Assembly: GCA_964486065.1 (NCBI GenBank)
Contig: CAZAKN010000002.1
Location: forward strand, 93,452 to 157,451
Reading direction: 5' to 3'
Source: an uncultured Gammaproteobacteria bacterium
GTDB lineage: Bacteria > Patescibacteriota > Patescibacteriia > UBA11705 > JABHMO01
DNA length: 64,000 nucleotides
Shown here: positions 1-10,266 of the stretch, piece by piece
Layout: every line of letters begins with the position of its first letter
Position numbering within the stretch: position 1 is the stretch's first letter
Notes under the pieces: model-generated
Told to the model about the DNA's origin: nothing
Database searches by the model: none
Seen by the model: only the letters and a program-made list of their open reading frames with translations
Translations under genes and position numbers: made by a program

Positions 1-1614
1 TAAATTATTTTGAAATGATGTGGTAATGTGTCTTTCTTCTTTTAAAGCGTTCAAATATTCAACTTCATCCGTAACCCAAGTTTCCACATTATCTTTTATG
101 TCTGAAGCTAAAATCGGTGATTTTTCAAAATCAACACCTTTAACTTCTTGACCTTTTTTAAATATAACTTCTTTTGTTTGAGGATGTTTCAAATCAGTCA
201 AAACTTTGTGCTTAACCACGAAATACGGAGTTTCCAAAAATCCGAATTCGTTTACTCGTGAATAACTGGCGAAATGCCCCACCAAACCGATGTTCGGACC
301 TTCCGGCGTGGCAATCGGACAAATTCTGCCGTAATGAGTGGTATGCACATCACGAACTTCAAAGCCGGCTCTTTCACGAGACAAACCACCCGGCCCCAAA
401 GCAGAGATTCTTCTTCTATGTTCCAGTTCGGATAATGGATTGATCTGATCCATGAACTGCGACAATTGAGAACTCATGAAAAATTCTCTGACCACACCGA
501 TAACCGGACGAGCGTTAATCAATTTTGACGGCGTTAAAGTAGTTGGATCCATAGTACTCATGCGATCCTTGACGATTCTTTCCATACGCGCCAAACCGAT
601 ACGAAATTTATTTTGGATCAATTCTCCGATGGCGCGGATTCTTCTATTTCCCAAATGATCAATATCATCCGCCATTTCTTGAGTAATATTCAGCCTGATG
701 ATTTCCTTAATAACATTAACAACATCTTCCAATTTTAGGACGCGATTTTCTTCCGACAGTTCAAATTTTTGATTAAATTTTTGATTTAACTTGTAACGAC
801 CGACTTTGCCGAAATCATAACGATCAAAATTGAAAAACATGGCGAAAATCAGAGATTTTGCATTATCGGCCGTGGCCAAATCACCGGGGCGAATTCTTTT
901 GTAAACTTCAATCAAGCCATCATCTTGGTTGGCGGCCACATCTTTTTTCAAAGTTGATTCAATAAATTTAATATCCGGATGAGTATCAACATCATTAAAT
1001 AATTTTTTAATTTCTTCCGCGGTATCCACGCCGAACGCTCGCAATAATGAAGTCGCCGCAACCTTTCTTTTACGATCAATTTTTACCCAAATTACATTAT
1101 TGGCATCTGTTTCAAATTCCAGCCAAGCTCCGCGGTTGGGAATAATTTTCGCTCCGTAAAAAATACGATTTTTCTCACGCATAAAATCCGAAGTAAAAAA
1201 TACTCCGGCTGATCTGATAATTTGCGAAACAATAACTCTTTCAATTCCATTAATAATGAATGTTCCGCGATCGGTCATGAGAGGGAAATCTCCCAAATAT
1301 ATTTCTTGAACTTCTTTTTTCTTGGTTTTGGTATTAACCAAAGTGGCCTCAACACGCAAAGGCGCTTCATAAGTTATATTTTTCTCCTTACTGGTTACTT
1401 CATCAAATTTAGGTTCATCCAAAAAGTACTTTTTAAAGGATAATTCCAAACCCTTGTCTGAAATATCAATAATCGGTGAAAGCTCATGGAATAATTCTTC
1501 CAAGCCGGTTTTAATAAACCAATCATATGAATCTTTTTGTACCTCAATTAAATCGGGCAAAGCCATTTGGTATGACTTGGTAAAAAACTTGCGTTCGGTT
1601 TTAATATTTGACAT
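1..1614 (-). CDS. rpoB: DNA-directed RNA polymerase subunit beta, N-terminal part (gene continues past window start)
   Basis: Minus-strand translation gives conserved RpoB motifs (..RRIRAIGELIQNKFRIGLARMERIVKDRM.., ..SALGPGGLSRERAGFEVRDVHTTHYGRICPIATPEGPNIGLV..); the ATG is at 1612-1614 (rc). It is absent from the ORF track only because it runs off the window edge. Confidence 0.9.
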   Translation of the reverse strand, partial: MSNIKTERKFFTKSYQMALPDLIEVQKDSYDWFIKTGLEELFHELSPIIDISDKGLELSFKKYFLDEPKFDEVTSKEKNITYEAPLRVEATLVNTKTKKKEVQEIYLGDFPLMTDRGTFIINGIERVIVSQIIRSAGVFFTSDFMREKNRIFYGAKIIPNRGAWLEFETDANNVIWVKIDRKRKVAATSLLRAFGVDTAEEIKKLFNDVDTHPDIKFIESTLKKDVAANQDDGLIEVYKRIRPGDLATADNAKSLIFAMFFNFDRYDFGKVGRYKLNQKFNQKFELSEENRVLKLEDVVNVIKEIIRLNITQEMADDIDHLGNRRIRAIGELIQNKFRIGLARMERIVKDRMSTMDPTTLTPSKLINARPVIGVVREFFMSSQLSQFMDQINPLSELEHRRRISALGPGGLSRERAGFEVRDVHTTHYGRICPIATPEGPNIGLVGHFASYSRVNEFGFLETPYFVVKHKVLTDLKHPQTKEVIFKKGQEVKGVDFEKSPILASDIKDNVETWVTDEVEYLNALKEERHITTSFQNNL

Positions 1615-1905
1615 AAAAAATACGCCCCCCTCCCTTGGGAGAAGCGGGGTTTTTATATTATTTAATTGAATTAGCTTGGAAGAAGCCCTCAAACATTAGT
1701 AATTTTTAAAACCTAGACTTCCGAACACAAGATCGAGAAGCTAAGTTTTCCCGAGGGATTATGAAGCTTAAGTGCCTTTATTCTAGCAAAATTAGCCAAA
1801 TAGGTCAATACTCGGGACAAATCAACATATTGACAAATATTTTTGTCTAATTTAAGTCAAAAACACACAGTTATCCACAGTTTGAAAAAAAATAAAAAAT
1901 TTGCT

Positions 1906-3312
1906 TTACAGTTCTGTTTCCTTATTTTTCTTAATATACTCTTTAACAATTCGTCTATCATCCCAAGGAATATACTTTCCGCCGGCAACGGCCATGGCTT
2001 GCTCAGCTCCTTTACCGGTAATCATTACCAAATCGTCCACATCCGCCAAATCCATAGCTCGCCGAATTGCTTCAGCACGATCCATAATGCAAAATAAGTT
2101 TTTTTCCTTAATTTTACCCGCATTTTCAGCGCCTTCAGCCACTTGTTCAATAATTCTCCAAGGATCATCGTCATACGGGTCTTCATTGGTCACGATTACC
2201 ATATCAGCATTTTTTGCCACAATTTTACCTAAAACAGGGCGTCTTGCAACATCTCTGCCACCACCGCCAGATCCCAAAACATGAATAATCTTATTGATAG
2301 GCATTTCCTGATTGTTTTTTAATAAATTTACGGTTTCATATAATTTTTCCATTCCAGCCGGTTCGTGAGCATAATCAACCAAAACTTTCAACTTATCAGT
2401 CTGAATAAGTTCCATTCGCCCCGGCACGCTTTCCAATTCCGCGAAAGCTTTGGCAACTTGCGGCATGGCGATTCCTTCCCGCTCAGCAATGATGATTGCC
2501 GGTAAAGAATTTTCCACATTAAAAGCGCCCATAATCGGCAAATGAAATTTCGTTCCTCCATAAACAAACGAACATCCATCCAAGCCAACTTTAACATCCT
2601 GAGCACAAACGGCTTCCGAACAATTCTTTACCGAAAAATAGATTTTTTGATCCAAAACAAAAGAAGCAAAATATTTCGCGTATTCACTATCAGCATTATA
2701 AATTCCGACTTTTTCTATTTTTTTATTATCAATCGTTTTGCGTGGTAAAGTGGCGGTTCTTTTAAATAATTTTCCTTTGGCTTTTTTGTAATTTTCAAAG
2801 CCGCCATGAGCCTCAATATGCTCGGGCGTCAAATTGGTAAAAACCAAATAATCATAATTTATGCCCCAATGCCGAAATTGTTCAATGCCTTGCGACGAAG
2901 TTTCAATAACCGCGTAACGGCAACCCGCTTTAAACATTCGCGATAAAAGCTTTTGCAATTGGAATCGGCCGAGCATGGTCATTTTTTTATCATTTAACCA
3001 TTCACGACCGGCGATTTGAAATTTAACCGTTGAAGTTGATCCGACTTTAAAGCCACCCCCCGCCAAAGCTTTGGCGATAAATTCCACAGTAGTGGATTTA
3101 CCATTAGTACCGGTAACTCCGACTATAATCATTTTTTCACTCGGATATCCGTAAACAAAAGCCGCCAGCATGGCCAAAGTTTTATGGTAAGCGGATAGTG
3201 CGATTTCGGGAATAAATTTTTTGATTAAATTTTTCATAATTTGCCACTTTATCAATTCATAATGATTATAGCAATAATTGAATATTTTTTGAAAATTCTC
3301 GGCGATTGACAT
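1906..3312 (-). CDS. Mur ligase family protein (MurE/MurT-like UDP-N-acetylmuramoyl peptide ligase)
   Basis: P-loop GVTGTNGKSTT, motif NLTPEHIEAHGGFENYKKAK, DYAHEP; 468 aa. Confidence 0.75.
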   Translation of the reverse strand: MSIAENFQKIFNYCYNHYELIKWQIMKNLIKKFIPEIALSAYHKTLAMLAAFVYGYPSEKMIIVGVTGTNGKSTTVEFIAKALAGGGFKVGSTSTVKFQIAGREWLNDKKMTMLGRFQLQKLLSRMFKAGCRYAVIETSSQGIEQFRHWGINYDYLVFTNLTPEHIEAHGGFENYKKAKGKLFKRTATLPRKTIDNKKIEKVGIYNADSEYAKYFASFVLDQKIYFSVKNCSEAVCAQDVKVGLDGCSFVYGGTKFHLPIMGAFNVENSLPAIIIAEREGIAMPQVAKAFAELESVPGRMELIQTDKLKVLVDYAHEPAGMEKLYETVNLLKNNQEMPINKIIHVLGSGGGGRDVARRPVLGKIVAKNADMVIVTNEDPYDDDPWRIIEQVAEGAENAGKIKEKNLFCIMDRAEAIRRAMDLADVDDLVMITGKGAEQAMAVAGGKYIPWDDRRIVKEYIKKNKETEL

Positions 3313-3355
3313 ACATGCTATAATAACCTAATATACATAATTCAAAGTAAAAAAT

Positions 3356-3682
3356 ATGGACGACAGAATGAGCCAAATTAACAGCTTGCTAATGCAGGCG
3401 CTTTCGGAAATCTTCATTGAAAAAATGGAAATTCCTTTTGATTTCTTTATTACCGTGACCAAAGCGCAAAGCGCGCGTGATTTAAAAAGCGCCAAAATTT
3501 ATTTAAGTGTTCTTCCTTTTAATAAATCCAAAGAAGGCATGGCTTGGATCATAAACCGCCGTAAAATAATTCAGGAATATTTGGGCAAACAAATCAACCT
3601 GAAATATACTCCCAAACTGACTTTTCTACACGATGATTCCGAAGAAAACGCCAGTCGTATTTATGAAATAATGGACAAGTAA
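3356..3682 (+). CDS. rbfA: ribosome-binding factor A
   Basis: 108 aa with an RbfA-like KH-fold sequence; conserved rbfA-nrnA arrangement. Confidence 0.75.
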   Translation: MDDRMSQINSLLMQALSEIFIEKMEIPFDFFITVTKAQSARDLKSAKIYLSVLPFNKSKEGMAWIINRRKIIQEYLGKQINLKYTPKLTFLHDDSEENASRIYEIMDK

Positions 3683-3683
3683 A

Positions 3684-4613
3684 ATGCCTTGCCGAATATT
3701 TGATTTAATTAAAAACAGTACAAAAATATTACTGATCAGTCATGTCAACCCTGATGGAGACACTTTGGGAGCGGCAGGAGCTTTCTGGCATTATGGAAAA
3801 GAAAATGATAAACAAGTTGATTTTTTTTGTTTACATGAAGTCCCGAAAATTTTTGAATATTTAGGCTTTAAAAAAACTATAACCAAAGAAAGCCTTGAAC
3901 TTAATAATTATGATTTGGTGATAATTCTTGACAATGCCAATATTAAACGCACCGGAATTCCGGAAAAAATAAAGAATTGTAAAGTTCCTTTGGTCAACAT
4001 TGATCATCATAATACCAATCTGGGCTTCGGAACTTACAATTTGATCAAAGCCGATTATTCTTCCACCTGTGAAATAGTTTATGAACTTTTTAACAATTGT
4101 CGCGAAAATTTTTCTCCGCAAAGCGCCACTTGCCTTTTGACGGGGATCTTAACCGACACAGACAATTTCACTAACGCAGCGACTCGTAATGAAGCCGTGG
4201 CTGCTGCCGCGGATTTGATTAAAAACGGCGCTGACATAAAAAAAGCCAATCAAAATATTTGGAAAATACAAACCGCCGACACGCTGAAAATTTGGGGGAA
4301 AATTTTGGCTAATTTGCATTTCTTGCCCGAAGAAAAAATCGTCATGGCGGTTCTAACCGAAGAGGATTTGGCCAATCCCGATGCCGTTGACGGCGTAGCC
4401 AACTTTTTAACAAAACTTTACGAAGCCAATATTATCTGGGTAGTGCAACAACATGCCAATAATATAATCAAATGCAGTTTGCGTACCACAAAAGACAATA
4501 TTGATGTTTCCGCCATTGCTAAAAATTTCGATGGTGGAGGTCATCAAAAAGCGGCCGGCTTTTCTTTCCCCGGAACTTTGAAAAAAATAGCTGGGAAATG
4601 GCATATTATTTAA
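3684..4613 (+). CDS. nrnA: DHH/DHHA1 phosphoesterase (NrnA-like oligoribonuclease / pAp phosphatase)
   Basis: DHH motifs (HVNPDGDTLGAAGA, DHHNTN) and C-terminal GGGH; 1-nt gap after rbfA. Confidence 0.75.
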   Translation: MPCRIFDLIKNSTKILLISHVNPDGDTLGAAGAFWHYGKENDKQVDFFCLHEVPKIFEYLGFKKTITKESLELNNYDLVIILDNANIKRTGIPEKIKNCKVPLVNIDHHNTNLGFGTYNLIKADYSSTCEIVYELFNNCRENFSPQSATCLLTGILTDTDNFTNAATRNEAVAAAADLIKNGADIKKANQNIWKIQTADTLKIWGKILANLHFLPEEKIVMAVLTEEDLANPDAVDGVANFLTKLYEANIIWVVQQHANNIIKCSLRTTKDNIDVSAIAKNFDGGGHQKAAGFSFPGTLKKIAGKWHII

Positions 4614-4734
4614 CATGAGACAAGAAACATATTTCAAGCTTTGCTTCCGCTCGCCTCGCGCAGTTTTAATGGCCAATAGTACTTGCCTCTTTTTATTTAA
4701 TTAAATAAAGATGAATGTTTTATCTTGTTAATCT

Positions 4735-4764
4735 AAAAGCCCCGCCTTTGGCGGGGCTTTTTAT
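4735..4764. terminator. bidirectional intrinsic terminator between convergent nrnA and gyrA
   Basis: aaaagccccgcc-tttg-ggcggggcttttt; GC stem flanked by an A-run and a T-run. Confidence 0.8.
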
Positions 4765-4772
4765 TCAAGCTT

Positions 4773-7352
4773 TTATTTTTTTTCCGGTTTGGATTTTAAA
4801 GTCGCTTTCTCCCTTTTTTCCACTTCCTCTTTTATTTCTTCAATTTTTTCTTCCGCTTGACTACCAAGTAAAGTAACGGAAGCAATCTTATCACCCGATA
4901 CTTTAAAACGCATAACTCGCACACCTTGAGTATCTCTGCCCAAAACCGGAATTGATTTAAACGGCAACCGAATAACTTGCCCTTTAACGGAAATTATCAT
5001 CAAATCTTTATCATCGGATTCCTTGGCATTTACTACAAAAGATTTTACCACCTTGCCGGTTTTGGAAGTAACTTTTTGGGTACGAATTCCGGAACCGCCA
5101 CGATTCTGCACTTTGTAATGCTTAATTTCACTTCGCTTACCAAAACCTTCTTCGGTAATTACGGCTATTTGCAAATCAGCCACTTTTTTCGGATCAACTT
5201 TACTCATGCTTATCAAAACATCTTCATTGCGCAATTTAATGCCACGAACTCCGGAAGCCGGTCTACCCATCGGTCGGACCTTTGATTCTTCAAAACGAAT
5301 TGATTGCCCCAAACGAGAAACCAACTCAATCTCATTTTTTCCATCGGTCGGAGCCACCCATTCCAGACGATCTTCATCTCGCAATTTAATCGCGATCAAA
5401 CCGGAACGACGAACATTTTTAAAATCTTCAATCGGCACCTTTTTAACCACTCCTTTTACCGTGGCCATGAATAAATATTTTATTCCTTCTTTTTCATGCA
5501 ATGGCAAAATGGATGAAACTTTTTCATTGGGTGCCAATTGTAAAAAGTTAACAATGGAACTTCCCTTGGCTGTCCGACTGCTTTCCGGAATATCATAAGC
5601 TTTCAATTTAAACACACGACCGCGCGTAGTGAAGAACAAAAGTTCATCATGAGTCATGGGAGCAAGAAGATGCGCCACCACATCTTCTTCCTTGGTGGTC
5701 AAACCGATTACTCCTTTTCCACCACGATGTTGAGATTTGAAAGTATCTGGCGGTAATCTCTTTATATATCCGTCTTTGGTGAAAAACACCACGGTCGGTT
5801 CATTGGGCACCAAGTCTTCTTGCGAAAACTCACCCACCGGAGAAGAAATAATTTTGGTTCTTCTTTCATCTCCGTATTTTTCTTTAATGGCATCCAATTC
5901 GTCTTTAATAACTCCCAAAATTTTCTTTTTGCTGGCCAAAAGAGCTTTCAACTCTTTGATTAACTTCATTTTTTCTTTAAGCTCATCTTCAATTTTCTGT
6001 CTTTCCATATTGGCCAAACTGGACAAACGCATTTCCAAAATGGCCGAAGCCTGTATTTCCGTAAACTTAAATTTCTTCATCAAATTTTGTCTCGCGATGT
6101 CTTTGGTTTTGGACGCTTTAATGGTTTTGATAACCGCGTCAATTTTATCCAAAGCCATTTTCAATCCTTGTAAAATATGAGCTCTTTCTTCGGCTTTGCG
6201 CAAATCATGCTCCGCGCGACGACGCACCACCTCTTGACGATGTTTCAAATAATAACCAAGCATTTCATGCAAAGTCAAAACTTGTGGCTGAATTCCGTCA
6301 ACCAGAGCCAACATGTTAACATCAAAATTTGATTGTAACTGCGTCAACTTAAATAAACGATTTAAAACTTTTTTCGGATATGCGTCTTTTTTAAGTTCAA
6401 TCACTACTCTCACTCCATCCTTGTCCGATTCATCGCGCACATCTTTTATTCCATCAATTTTTTTAGTTTTAACCAATTCGGCAATCTTTTCCAAAAGACT
6501 GGCTTTGTTTAACAAATACGGAACTTCGGTTACCACGATTTTAAATTGATTATTTTTTTCTTCCTGAATATCCGTCTTTGCCCGCATCACTACTTTTCCT
6601 TTTCCCGATGTATAAGCCTTGTCAATTTCAGTTTTATCGTAAATAATTCCGCCGGTCGGGAAATCAGGTCCAGGAATAAATTTCAACAACTCTTCAGAAG
6701 TGGCTTCCGGGTTTTCTATTAAATATTGAATACCTTCACACAATTCACCCAAATTATGAGGCGGGATTTTTGTAGCCATTCCCACGGCAATACCCATAGT
6801 TCCGTTTAATAGCAAATTGGGTAGTTTTGCGGGCAGAACAGCAGGTTCTTTTTGCGTGCCATCATAATTTGGAATAAAATCAACGGTTTCTTTTTCCAAA
6901 TCATAAAGCAATTCCTCGGCGATAGATCTCAATTTAGCTTCCGTGTAACGCATGGCGGCTGCACCATCTCCATCCATTGATCCGAAGTTACCTTGTCCGT
7001 GAACCAAAGTATAACGCATGGAAAAATCTTGAGCCATTCTCACCATACTGTCATAAACCGCGGAATCACCGTGAGGATGATATTTACCAAGCACTTCACC
7101 GACTACAGTGGCGGATTTTCTGAATTTCGCATTAGCCTTCAAGCCTATGTTCCACATGGCATATAAAATACGACGATGAACCGGCTTCATTCCATCACGC
7201 ACATCGGGCAAAGCTCTGGTTACGATCACACTCATGGCATAATCAATATAACTACTCTCCATCTCATTAATAATAGAAACATCATCAACTCTACTTAAAG
7301 TCGGTTCTTCAATCGGTAGCTCCTCTTTTTTTTCGTTTTTTTTCTTTGACAT
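4773..7352 (-). CDS. gyrA: DNA gyrase subunit A
   Basis: 859 aa; N-terminus ..[28 protein letters not shown].., QRDR-like region and C-terminal beta-pinwheel repeats. Confidence 0.95.
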   Translation of the reverse strand: MSKKKNEKKEELPIEEPTLSRVDDVSIINEMESSYIDYAMSVIVTRALPDVRDGMKPVHRRILYAMWNIGLKANAKFRKSATVVGEVLGKYHPHGDSAVYDSMVRMAQDFSMRYTLVHGQGNFGSMDGDGAAAMRYTEAKLRSIAEELLYDLEKETVDFIPNYDGTQKEPAVLPAKLPNLLLNGTMGIAVGMATKIPPHNLGELCEGIQYLIENPEATSEELLKFIPGPDFPTGGIIYDKTEIDKAYTSGKGKVVMRAKTDIQEEKNNQFKIVVTEVPYLLNKASLLEKIAELVKTKKIDGIKDVRDESDKDGVRVVIELKKDAYPKKVLNRLFKLTQLQSNFDVNMLALVDGIQPQVLTLHEMLGYYLKHRQEVVRRRAEHDLRKAEERAHILQGLKMALDKIDAVIKTIKASKTKDIARQNLMKKFKFTEIQASAILEMRLSSLANMERQKIEDELKEKMKLIKELKALLASKKKILGVIKDELDAIKEKYGDERRTKIISSPVGEFSQEDLVPNEPTVVFFTKDGYIKRLPPDTFKSQHRGGKGVIGLTTKEEDVVAHLLAPMTHDELLFFTTRGRVFKLKAYDIPESSRTAKGSSIVNFLQLAPNEKVSSILPLHEKEGIKYLFMATVKGVVKKVPIEDFKNVRRSGLIAIKLRDEDRLEWVAPTDGKNEIELVSRLGQSIRFEESKVRPMGRPASGVRGIKLRNEDVLISMSKVDPKKVADLQIAVITEEGFGKRSEIKHYKVQNRGGSGIRTQKVTSKTGKVVKSFVVNAKESDDKDLMIISVKGQVIRLPFKSIPVLGRDTQGVRVMRFKVSGDKIASVTLLGSQAEEKIEEIKEEVEKREKATLKSKPEKK

Positions 7353-7488
7353 ATATTTATTAACGGAAAATATTTTGACTTAGACTTTTTATATTAGTAA
7401 ATCATTAATGTAAATATCTTTTTATATCAAAATTTTGGCAATGCGATCTTATCTTGAAAATTTTAAACGCGTGATCCGCGAACAATAT

Positions 7489-7719
7489 TTACTCTTCCTC
7501 TTCTTCCTTGTTCAACGCTTCTTGCATTTGCCCGGCAGCTTGATTCATTTGTTCAACCAATCCTTCCACTGTTTGACTTTTATCGGCCTGCTTGTCCATT
7601 TCCGTAAAACTGTATTTTAATGAATAAATCCAACCCCCGAAAATTATGACCGCTGCAATAATGACACAAATCCAAAGCAACAAATATCTTGAATCGTTCT
7701 TTTTATTTTTTCCCTCCAT
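7489..7719 (-). CDS. hypothetical small membrane protein (single TM, acidic C-terminus)
   Basis: 76-aa ORF in the gap between gyrA and the MBL hydrolase, on the same strand as both; hydrophobic segment LLLWICVIIAAVIIFGGWIY. Confidence 0.3.
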   Translation of the reverse strand: MEGKNKKNDSRYLLLWICVIIAAVIIFGGWIYSLKYSFTEMDKQADKSQTVEGLVEQMNQAAGQMQEALNKEEEEE

Positions 7720-7743
7720 AATATTTCAATATTATTTATTTTT

Positions 7744-8415
7744 TTACTCAAAAACCACTAACTGCGTTTCCTCTTGAGGCAAATCTTTTTTCGCCACTTT
7801 TAACTTAGCGATTTTTTCAGCTTTCAGACCAACTTGTTTAATGAATTTATCAACACCTTCGATATCATATTTCAACCCTTTTACTTTGTAATGCATGGGA
7901 ATAACTATTCTCGGCTCCAACTGTCGCACCACTTCCGCCGCTTCTTTGGCGTCAATCGTATATTTTCCACCGACCGGAATTAACAAAATATCAATATCAC
8001 CGATCGCGCCGAGTTGCGCGTCTGACAATTTGGTTCCCAAATCTCCCAAATGCAAAACTTTCATGCCTCCCATGTCAATCTTAAACATATTGGACTTGCC
8101 CCGTTCTTCTCCTTCTTGTTTATCATGATAAGAACCAATCCCAGTCAAAAAAACACCAGCTGACTCATACTCTCCGGGACGGTCAAACACCATCACCTTT
8201 TCATTAACCGGCAATATGTCGGTCGAATTATTATGATCTTCATGATCATGGCTCACGGTTACGATATCCGCGCGAGTTTTCGGTAAACGCAACCCGCAAG
8301 ATTTATCATAAGGATCGGTAACCACGCTCACGGCATTGTTTTCAACTTTTTCTTCCAGCTTAAAACAGGAATGCCCCAAATGCGTAATATTCATAATTTT
8401 TAAATTAATATTCAA
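7744..8415 (-). CDS. metal-dependent hydrolase, MBL-fold (UPF0173-like)
   Basis: HxHxDH motif (SHDHEDH), 223 aa. Confidence 0.7.
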   Translation of the reverse strand: MNINLKIMNITHLGHSCFKLEEKVENNAVSVVTDPYDKSCGLRLPKTRADIVTVSHDHEDHNNSTDILPVNEKVMVFDRPGEYESAGVFLTGIGSYHDKQEGEERGKSNMFKIDMGGMKVLHLGDLGTKLSDAQLGAIGDIDILLIPVGGKYTIDAKEAAEVVRQLEPRIVIPMHYKVKGLKYDIEGVDKFIKQVGLKAEKIAKLKVAKKDLPQEETQLVVFE

Positions 8416-8691
8416 ATAGTTAACAAAATAATTTTATCACCTTTTAATATTTACAGCAAACCGAAAAACCTCGCAAATCGCAAAAATAAAGCTCTCAAGC
8501 TGATTTATGAAATTTTTGATTTATAAACAACTTAGCGTCACGCTAGATCATAGCAGAGAAGCCGATTTTAAGCCTCACCGATCACTTGACAAATACATAA
8601 ATTACTTTAGAATATAACTACCGTTCAAATTTAAACAATCAGCTCGCTAACCCAAATAATAATAATTAAACGGTAAGCTGACTTGAGAAAG

Positions 8692-8712
8692 TCCACACCG
8701 GTGGATTTTTTT
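8692..8712 (+). promoter_or_regulatory. hairpin plus U-run in the rpsA leader (possible attenuator / S1 autoregulatory leader element)
   Basis: tccacaccggtgga followed by ttttttt about 30 nt upstream of the rpsA ATG; no upstream plus-strand gene to terminate. Confidence 0.35.
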
Positions 8713-8741
8713 GATAAATTTGACCAGAAAGGAATAAATAC

Positions 8742-9947
8742 ATGACTAAACAAAATGATAAATCGGAAATGCAAAAGCTTTTGGATCAAGACAAAACTTT
8801 TGATAATTTCCCGCAGGTCGGAGAATTGATCAAAGGTACGGTGATTTCCGCGTCTAAAAAGGAAGTGCTTTTGGATATCAACGGTACCATGACCGGCTTG
8901 GTTCGCAATCGGGAACTTTATAATGAATCCGATGAATTTAACAATTTACAACCAGGAGAAGAAGTTGAAGCCACGGTAATGGAATTGGAAAACGAAAGAG
9001 GTATGTTGGAATTGTCTTTCCGTTACGCCGGACATCAAAAAACTTGGGCATCATTGAATGAGTATAAAGTTAGCGACGATAAAGTTTCCGTTAAAATCAC
9101 TGACGCGAATAAAGGAGGTCTTTTAATAACTTTAAACGGAGTATCAGGATTTTTGCCGGTTTCTCAATTAAGTCCAGAATATTATCCGCGTATCCAGGGT
9201 GGTGATAAAAATAAAATTTTGGAAAAATTGAAAAGTTATGTCGGACAAACTTTTGAAGTGAAAGTTATTGATGTTGATGAAGATTCCGAAAAATTGATTG
9301 TTTCCGAAAAAGCCGCTTGGGAAGAAACGCAAAAGCATATTTTGGATCAATACAAAGTCGGTGATGTGGTTGAAGGTAAAATCACCGCTGTTACCGATTT
9401 CGGCGTATTCGTGGAATTCGGAGAAAACCTGGAAGGACTTATCCATATTTCCGAGTTGGCTTGGCAACGCATTGACGATCCGAAAGAGCTCTACAAAGTC
9501 GGCGATGATATCAAGGCGGAAATCGTAAAAATAGATGGTTCAAAAATATTTTTATCAAGTAAAAATCTGGTGGAAGATCCTTGGAAAAATATTGAAGAAA
9601 GATATAAAGTAGATGACACGGTGGAGGGGAAAGTATTGAAAGCCACTCCGTTCGGCCTGTTCGTGGAACTTGATGACGACATTCACGGCTTAGCGCATAT
9701 TTCCGAACTTTCGGAAAAAAATATTGATTCTACCGACAGCGTAGCCAAACCGGGAGACTTGATGAAGTTCAAAATCGTTTCCATTGAACCGAAAGAACAT
9801 CGCTTAGGTTTGAGCATCAAAGCTTTTTCCGATAAAAAAACTGCTGACAAACCAACAGATACAAATGAAAAAGACCAATCGAAAAAAACAGACGCCGAAG
9901 AACCGACCGAGAAAGAAGATACAAAAGAAACCATTGAAAAGGAATAA
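8742..9947 (+). CDS. rpsA: 30S ribosomal protein S1 with K/E/T-rich C-terminal tail
   Basis: Repeated S1 domains (..GELIKGTVIS.., ..GDVVEGKITAVTDFGVFVEF.., ..VEGKVLKATPFGLFVEL..). Confidence 0.85.
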   Translation: MTKQNDKSEMQKLLDQDKTFDNFPQVGELIKGTVISASKKEVLLDINGTMTGLVRNRELYNESDEFNNLQPGEEVEATVMELENERGMLELSFRYAGHQKTWASLNEYKVSDDKVSVKITDANKGGLLITLNGVSGFLPVSQLSPEYYPRIQGGDKNKILEKLKSYVGQTFEVKVIDVDEDSEKLIVSEKAAWEETQKHILDQYKVGDVVEGKITAVTDFGVFVEFGENLEGLIHISELAWQRIDDPKELYKVGDDIKAEIVKIDGSKIFLSSKNLVEDPWKNIEERYKVDDTVEGKVLKATPFGLFVELDDDIHGLAHISELSEKNIDSTDSVAKPGDLMKFKIVSIEPKEHRLGLSIKAFSDKKTADKPTDTNEKDQSKKTDAEEPTEKEDTKETIEKE

Positions 9948-9970
9948 ATAGCATGCCATTCAATAAAAGC

Positions 9971-9998
9971 AAAAAGCCCCGCCATGGCGGGGCTTTTT
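9971..9998 (+). terminator. intrinsic terminator after rpsA
   Basis: aaaaagccccgcc-atg-gcggggcttttt. Confidence 0.8.
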
Positions 9999-10266
9999 GC
10001 TTTTATTCTTAAAATATGGAAATTTTCTCTTGCTTGTCAAAGCCAAATAAAATTGCTAAACTAAATTTGCAAATTAATAATTAATGAGAAGCGCAGAAAG
10101 CACGGGTGGATTGGAAAAGTTACTGTTTTAAATAAATTTCATACTTCATATAGCGGCTTATTTAGCTAAAATTACTTTTAAAATCTTTATCTAAATCACG
10201 GATTTGTTTTTTACTGTAAACGAAAACCATCCAAGCTGCTCGGATTTTCGGCTTCAATTAACCAAT

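Noticed and set aside
258-1669. Plus-strand ORFs (258-443, 476-658, 1222-1443, 1454-1669) in the first 1.6 kb
   Set aside because: They lie antisense to a minus-strand frame that translates to highly conserved RpoB N-terminal sequence. They are AT-rich antisense artefacts.
1901-2284. 127-aa plus-strand ORF overlapping the Mur ligase gene
   Set aside because: Antisense to a strongly supported Mur ligase reading frame, with low-complexity Ser-rich translation.
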